From positions 1-41,132 of IMG/VR virus record IMGVR_UViG_3300044657_000526: DNA of 41,132 bases, one strand, 5' to 3'. Below are positions 35,836-41,132 of the stretch, one piece after another. A program made the position numbers and the translations under genes. Numbering within the stretch: the stretch's first letter is position 1; each line of letters starts with the position of its first letter. A model generated the notes under the pieces. That model saw only the letters and a list, made by a program, of their open reading frames with translations. It did no database searches and had not been told where the DNA came from. The DNA is from a virus. Lineage: Duplodnaviria; Caudoviricetes.

Positions 35836-37748
35836 TGAAGGTACAAATCTTTAACGGAGGCCAGGCTAGTCGCTTGGCTCCACAGTATATTGGGCAGAAT
35901 GAAGCTGTTACCTATAGCAATATAGATAACAGCCTAAACACGCTCACACCTGTTAAAGATAAGCTACTTACTGATGTAGTGGTAGAAGAGTACCATAAGT
36001 TCTTTATTGCGGAACAAGAGTGGGTTAGCTCAGCTACGCCTACAGACTTCCTTGAGTATCAACAAGTCATGTACTCTACTGATGGTGTTACCAGACCGCA
36101 GAAGTACAAGAATGGAGCGTACAATAACTTAGGTATAGTTGCACCTGTTACAAAACCTTCACTAACTCAGTTAAATGCTGCTGCAGCTATAACTGATGTA
36201 GAAATAGAGAACCTGGTATCAAGCGTAGGCACTTACGGTGACCTCCCTATCTCTGACTTAGTTTACATCTTGTATAATGTTAAAGACGGCCGGTACTCTG
36301 AAGGCTATGAGATAGTCGTTAAAGCAAGCAGTATTAGTAAAGTATCAGTAACTAAGAAACAAGTACGCAGGGCTAGTACAACTGTTCTAGTTGTAGCTCA
36401 GCCTGACTCTGGCTTTGACCGCTCTATTAAGTTTTCGAACATTAAAGCGCAGTTTGCTGACTCTGCTGTACTATTTAGATACTATAAAGGTGTGTGGCGC
36501 TTAGTTAAAACTTTTGCTACTGATGCTGAGACATTCACTGATGCCGTAGAAGATGTAAGTGCTAATGACGAGCTTGACGATGACTTAGTTAGTGCCTTCG
36601 ATGGTACTTACCAATATGTGTATACTTACTATAACGAAAATGACGGTACGGAGTCTGCACCAAGCCCTATATCTAGTGAACTAGAACTAGACAGTGGCAC
36701 TCTACAGGTTACTTTACCCTCTACAAGTCCAGACAGCCAAGTCACGCATAAGCGCCTTTACCGCGTAGGTGGTGACACTACAGAATTTACGTTGGTGGTC
36801 CAGCTAGACAAGGATGTCACCTCATTTGAAGATACCCTGGATGCCACTGAACTAGACGGCAGATTACTTAGTTCAGACAACTACTATGAAGCACCTACAG
36901 GCTTGAGATACTTAACAGAGTCTTATGCGATGTTATTTGGCGCACTAGGTAATGAGCTCCGCTTTACACCTATAGGCGTACCTAATGCCTGGCCACCTGA
37001 GTACAGCATACAATTTGACACTACAGTAACTGGTATAGGACCGGTAGCTAATGGTGTGATAGTATTCACAACGTATAAAGCTTATTTAGTTACAGGTACA
37101 GGTCCACTTAGCTTGTCACAGCAGTCACTCAATGGTGACCAGGGTTGTATTGCACACTCATCTATCCAAGAGATAGGTCCAGCTTTAATCTGGGCATCTG
37201 CTGAAGGGCTATGTATGTCATCAGGCGATGCTGTCCGCAATATAACTAAAGATAAGCTTGGACATGTTGACTTAGACCCAGTAGACTCTGTAGTTGCTGA
37301 TGAGGTGTACTATTGTCACAATGCTGATGGTTCTACTTTAGCTTTTGACTTTAGATTCACACCTATACCTAAGTATCTCGACCTTGGCATCAGTACTATA
37401 TCTTATGCCAACGGTGACTTATACGGTTGGTTAGATGGCTCTATGTACAAGTTGTTTAAATCTGATGATTACTTACCGTTCACGTACCTATCTCCTCGCT
37501 TTATAGAAGGCAGTGTAACAGAGCTAAAAACGTATAAAAAGATTCACATTTATTCAAAAGGTGATATAATAATAAATATAATAATTAACGATTCTGTAGT
37601 TGCCACTCGTGCGTTATCAGGTGAAGGTGATTACCAACTACAGATAGACCAGAAGCTTCAACGGGGTAACTTCATACAGTTTGATATTCAAGGAACTGGT
37701 GAAGTATACGAGTATGAATATATAGCAGGAAGAGAACGTAGTGAGTAA
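35835..37748 (+). CDS. Tail nozzle / packaged-DNA stabilisation protein
   Basis: FNGG start, YQYVYTYY..GTESAPSP, RLYR, PNAWP, QGC beta-propeller-type motifs. Confidence 0.7.
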   Translation: MKVQIFNGGQASRLAPQYIGQNEAVTYSNIDNSLNTLTPVKDKLLTDVVVEEYHKFFIAEQEWVSSATPTDFLEYQQVMYSTDGVTRPQKYKNGAYNNLGIVAPVTKPSLTQLNAAAAITDVEIENLVSSVGTYGDLPISDLVYILYNVKDGRYSEGYEIVVKASSISKVSVTKKQVRRASTTVLVVAQPDSGFDRSIKFSNIKAQFADSAVLFRYYKGVWRLVKTFATDAETFTDAVEDVSANDELDDDLVSAFDGTYQYVYTYYNENDGTESAPSPISSELELDSGTLQVTLPSTSPDSQVTHKRLYRVGGDTTEFTLVVQLDKDVTSFEDTLDATELDGRLLSSDNYYEAPTGLRYLTESYAMLFGALGNELRFTPIGVPNAWPPEYSIQFDTTVTGIGPVANGVIVFTTYKAYLVTGTGPLSLSQQSLNGDQGCIAHSSIQEIGPALIWASAEGLCMSSGDAVRNITKDKLGHVDLDPVDSVVADEVYYCHNADGSTLAFDFRFTPIPKYLDLGISTISYANGDLYGWLDGSMYKLFKSDDYLPFTYLSPRFIEGSVTELKTYKKIHIYSKGDIIINIIINDSVVATRALSGEGDYQLQIDQKLQRGNFIQFDIQGTGEVYEYEYIAGRERSE

Positions 37749-38463
37749 TGAATCGCTAGTACAGGTTCCACCTAACGTTGCAGACCCTTTGGTCTTGCAA
37801 CGCTTTCTGCTACGCCTGGTCGAGAGACTTGATATAGTACTTGGCAATCGTGGCACAGGTACTGAAGAGCAGTACGTTGCTCAAAAAGAATTACTCTCTT
37901 TAACTACATCGCTAACCGAGCAACTTACTGAAGCCTCAGATGCGTTATCCATTGCTACCGAAGCACTTGAAGAAGCTCTATCCGATGCTTCAGAAACTTT
38001 AGTAGCTAGTATAGAAGAACTTGAAGCGTTAACCTCTCAGCATACCGCGCAGTTAAATGTACTTAACAACTTTTCCTGGTTCAGACCTTATGCTATGGCT
38101 TTTGAAGGTCGTAGTACTAACGGCCCTGTAACATTTAGTTTAAACTATAACATTGCTAGCGGTTCTCGCGTGGGTGTTGGTGAGTACGAATTCACACTCG
38201 ATACAATTACTTATGACAGTGAAGACTTGTTAGACACGACTCAAGCTGTAACATCGCACTTGATAGCTGACTCTGTTACCTCTGAAGCTTACTATGTATC
38301 TGTCGACATAATTGACGCCTCGTTAGGCACATTCAGTGTGTCTATAAGCGCCGTAGCACAAGGAGCAGGCTCTAAGCTAGCTTATACGCCTTACGACCCG
38401 CTTAGTACTGACTTAGTTAATGTAGTTGGCTTCTACACACCATCAGGAGCTACTCCACCATGA
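37741..38463 (+). CDS. Putative tail needle / structural protein
   Basis: VPP...LVERLDIVLGNRG, coiled coil, beta-rich C-terminus. Confidence 0.5.
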   Translation: MSNESLVQVPPNVADPLVLQRFLLRLVERLDIVLGNRGTGTEEQYVAQKELLSLTTSLTEQLTEASDALSIATEALEEALSDASETLVASIEELEALTSQHTAQLNVLNNFSWFRPYAMAFEGRSTNGPVTFSLNYNIASGSRVGVGEYEFTLDTITYDSEDLLDTTQAVTSHLIADSVTSEAYYVSVDIIDASLGTFSVSISAVAQGAGSKLAYTPYDPLSTDLVNVVGFYTPSGATPP

Positions 38464-38945
38464 ACGTAGTTAGTTTTAAGAAAGAATTTCACGGTCCTTG
38501 CTTAACAGTAAATGACCTCATGCATCGCCGAGCTAGTATAACAGCACTAGGTAAACGCATGGAACAGTTAGATGATAGTGACAAGATTGAGTTTCCTGTC
38601 ACACATCGCTTTGCTGATAACGTGTATATCCGAGAGATATTTATACCTAAAGGTAGTTGTATCATAGGTAAGATACACAAAACACAGTTTTTCAACATCT
38701 TAGTTAGCGGTACGTGTTTATTAGCTTCTACAGACGGTGTAAAGCTTATAGGTGCGCCTTATACGTCAATTAGTGAACCTGGTAGTCAGAAGTGCGCTAT
38801 CGCGTTAACTGATGTGCTTTGGCAGACGGTGCACGCCACAACTGAGACTGACCCTGCTAAAATAGCAGACAGTTTAACCGTAGATAGTTATGACGACTTA
38901 GAGACAGACGTTGTGCTAGATAAACTATTAGGAGTGCAAGCATGA
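38460..38945 (+). CDS. Cupin-like protein of podovirus tail modules
   Basis: HRFADNVYIREIFIPKG..IIGKIHKT..G..S.PG..K..TVH. Confidence 0.7.
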   Translation: MNVVSFKKEFHGPCLTVNDLMHRRASITALGKRMEQLDDSDKIEFPVTHRFADNVYIREIFIPKGSCIIGKIHKTQFFNILVSGTCLLASTDGVKLIGAPYTSISEPGSQKCAIALTDVLWQTVHATTETDPAKIADSLTVDSYDDLETDVVLDKLLGVQA

Positions 38946-39601
38946 GTGTTGCATGGGTAGGAGCTGGCATAGCCACTGTAGGTTTAGTCAGTTCTGCTAG
39001 TTCTGCCAGTAAGGCGCGTAAATCTGCAGATAAGGCTAATGCTACGAGCATGGCTTTTGAACAACAGAAGTACGATGACTGGCAAGAGATGTACGGGCCT
39101 ATACAGACTAACTTAGCTGAGTACTATAACAATCTTACTCCTGAGTACTATGAAGCAGTAGGACTTGAGAACTTTGCTATGGAACAAGAAATGGCTATGA
39201 CCAGGCTAAATGAAAATTTAGCTCAACGTGGCATAGACCCAAGTTCTGGTATAGCAGCAAGTCTAACAGCGCAAACTGAACTAGATGCTGCTGAAGGCCG
39301 AGCAACTATTCGTCGCGACGCTCCTAGACAGGCTGCTGAAGATAAATCTCGATTCTTGCAAATTGGCTTAGGACAAAACCCTGGTAGCTCACTTTCTAGT
39401 GCACTAAGTAACCAGGCGTCTTCATTACAAAGTCGAGCTAATGCAGCAGAGCAATCCGCTGGTAAGGCTATCGGTAGCGCAGTGACTACAATCGGTACGG
39501 CACTAGCTGACTATACTAGTACGCCAGCTACGCCAGCAACGCCAGCTACGCCGCAGGCATCACCTGCTGAAATTAACTCTGCACTTATTGGAGCACCATA
39601 A
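38942..39601 (+). CDS. Small ejection / internal virion protein
   Basis: Hydrophobic Ala/Gly N-terminus, LAQRGI..SG, TPA tripeptide repeats. Confidence 0.65.
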   Translation: MSVAWVGAGIATVGLVSSASSASKARKSADKANATSMAFEQQKYDDWQEMYGPIQTNLAEYYNNLTPEYYEAVGLENFAMEQEMAMTRLNENLAQRGIDPSSGIAASLTAQTELDAAEGRATIRRDAPRQAAEDKSRFLQIGLGQNPGSSLSSALSNQASSLQSRANAAEQSAGKAIGSAVTTIGTALADYTSTPATPATPATPQASPAEINSALIGAP

Positions 39602-41132
39602 TGAACATTTATGCAGGTGAAGCTTTAGCTACTGGAGCTAGTCAAGTAGGTGACTACGTTAGAGAAAAACCAGAACGCGACTTACGTCTAAGCGAAGCTA
39701 AGAACCGCCAAGAACTCTCACAAATGAAATTACAAGAGTACCAAGCTCAGTCGCCTACGCGTCAAGCTGGTGCTGATGTCGAACTACAACAACTAAAGAA
39801 TGAGCTATATAAAGCTCAGACTCAAGGTTTACAAGCTAAAACATTTGACGCATTTAGTAAGTACGACGGTGACCGTAACGTACGCCACTTGAATAACTTC
39901 TTTGTTGAAGCTAAGAAGAATCCTGTTGGTGCTAAGATGTTTGCCGACACAGTTCGCGTAGACCCTATTGAGGCGCCAGGTGGACAAAAGCTCCTTGAGC
40001 AAGCTGGAATCACTTACGATGAAGCAGTTAAAGAAGGTACAAACTTTGTTATAGCCACAAAAGCTGATGGTTCACAAGTGTTAAGCGATATGAACACAGT
40101 GTATGCCGCAACAGGTTATACTAAACACATGAGCGATGAAGCATTAGCTAGAATGACTAAGGAAGCACTTAACACCCAACGCTTACGCTCTGGGATGTCA
40201 AGCGGACGAATTTCTGATACTCAACGCTTAGCTGAGCTAGTTATGCAAGAAAGTCCTCAATTAAGTAAATCTGAAGCTTGGGAAGAAGCTACGCGTATCT
40301 TAAAGAAAGGCTCTACTAGCGCCGGCACTGAAACAGAACGCTTAGCCCAAGAGCTTATGGCAGCTGATACTACTCTTAGTTACACAGACGCTTACGAGCG
40401 TGCTGTAATGATGAAAAAAGAAGGTGGTTCGTATAAAGAGCGTCTTGCTAATAAGCGCGCAACAGATACAGCATCACCTGAGCTTGAAGCTGTACATGCT
40501 GAAGGTACACGTTCACCTGACCAGGTTAAAATTGAAGAAGTGAACACTGCTAAAGATGAGCTTGATAAGATGTTCGATGGGGACTTTGAGCAAGCGGATA
40601 TGACCGACCCTAAGAACCGTAAACAGGCTGGTCGCTACATGTCTCGTATTGAGCAAGAGTTCCCTATGAACGTGGCAGACCGCAAAGTAGCTAAAGAGAT
40701 TCGTCAGCTTACCTCATTAGGTGAAGTTGCAGGTGAAGAAATTACTGACGCTGAAGCAGGTCCTATTGATAGCATGATTCGTGGCGTTAAGAAGTACCTG
40801 AGTAATGATGTCTCAGGTGTTGAAGGTCCTGCAGCTTATGAAGCGTTCCGCAACACACTACGTCACGCGTTATATGGCGCCACAGTTTCCAAAGGCGAGA
40901 CTAGCACCTTTACTTCTGCTATGGGTAGTCTAGGTGAGCAAAAAGGTCCTGTGTTAGTTAAGCTAAGAACGCAGCTTGAAGACCTTAAAGAACAGCTAAG
41001 TAGCGTTTATGACATGAATGACCCTTATGTAGCTAAGTACAGACTTAACATGGACCAAGATAAACTTGCAGATGTTATTCTAGCTATAGATGAGCGTATT
41101 GACATGATGGACAGTGAGAAAGTCACAGGGGA
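39601..41132 (+). CDS. Internal virion / ejection protein (about 528 aa, continues to 182 across the origin)
   Basis: Open from ATG 39601 (TAATG coupling) to the window end; absent from the ORF track because it lacks a stop inside the linear window. Confidence 0.8.
   Translation, partial: MNIYAGEALATGASQVGDYVREKPERDLRLSEAKNRQELSQMKLQEYQAQSPTRQAGADVELQQLKNELYKAQTQGLQAKTFDAFSKYDGDRNVRHLNNFFVEAKKNPVGAKMFADTVRVDPIEAPGGQKLLEQAGITYDEAVKEGTNFVIATKADGSQVLSDMNTVYAATGYTKHMSDEALARMTKEALNTQRLRSGMSSGRISDTQRLAELVMQESPQLSKSEAWEEATRILKKGSTSAGTETERLAQELMAADTTLSYTDAYERAVMMKKEGGSYKERLANKRATDTASPELEAVHAEGTRSPDQVKIEEVNTAKDELDKMFDGDFEQADMTDPKNRKQAGRYMSRIEQEFPMNVADRKVAKEIRQLTSLGEVAGEEITDAEAGPIDSMIRGVKKYLSNDVSGVEGPAAYEAFRNTLRHALYGATVSKGETSTFTSAMGSLGEQKGPVLVKLRTQLEDLKEQLSSVYDMNDPYVAKYRLNMDQDKLADVILAIDERIDMMDSEKVTG
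41006..41132. repeat. Terminal overlap of circular assembly (copy 2)
   Basis: Identical to 1-127. Confidence 0.95.

Noticed and set aside
41006-41132. 127-bp direct terminal repeat as a biological genome end
   Set aside because: Length matches a common assembly k-mer and it lies mid-gene; it indicates circular assembly only
1-41132. Alternative genetic code, tRNA genes, integrase
   Set aside because: Standard-code ORFs tile the genome densely with all three stops in use; no cloverleaf or recombinase motif was seen by eye

Overview
The window is a complete circularly assembled genome of a tailed dsDNA phage (41,005 bp unique; bases 1-127 are repeated at 41006-41132). It has podovirus-type architecture and no recognisable integrase, so it is probably lytic. 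The plus strand (29389 through the origin to 8862) carries scaffold, major capsid, adaptor, two tailspikes, nozzle, ejection proteins, portal, holin and endolysin. The minus strand (8735-26340) carries early genes and a replication and nucleotide-metabolism module: prim-pol/helicase, Dda-like helicase, SSB, family A polymerase split by a group I intron with an HNH endonuclease, thymidylate-synthase homologue, MazG-like protein, deaminase-DUF5664 fusion, exonuclease, SNF2 helicase, ligase and VRR-NUC. A divergent RHH-terS-terL operon is followed by two tandem-repeat arrays. The strongest candidates for novelty are four: (1) a thymidylate-synthase homologue with Asp at the Asn177 specificity position, pointing to dCMP methylation or hydroxymethylation, in a cluster with a deaminase and two NTP pyrophosphatase domains; (2) an rRNA-operon-like early leader (hairpins then boxA) followed by long-range RNA duplexes that enclose the first two early genes; (3) a near-copy of the polymerase exon target site inside the intron, just upstream of the homing endonuclease; (4) near-total GATC avoidance. 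All calls come from reading motifs by eye; no database searches were run.
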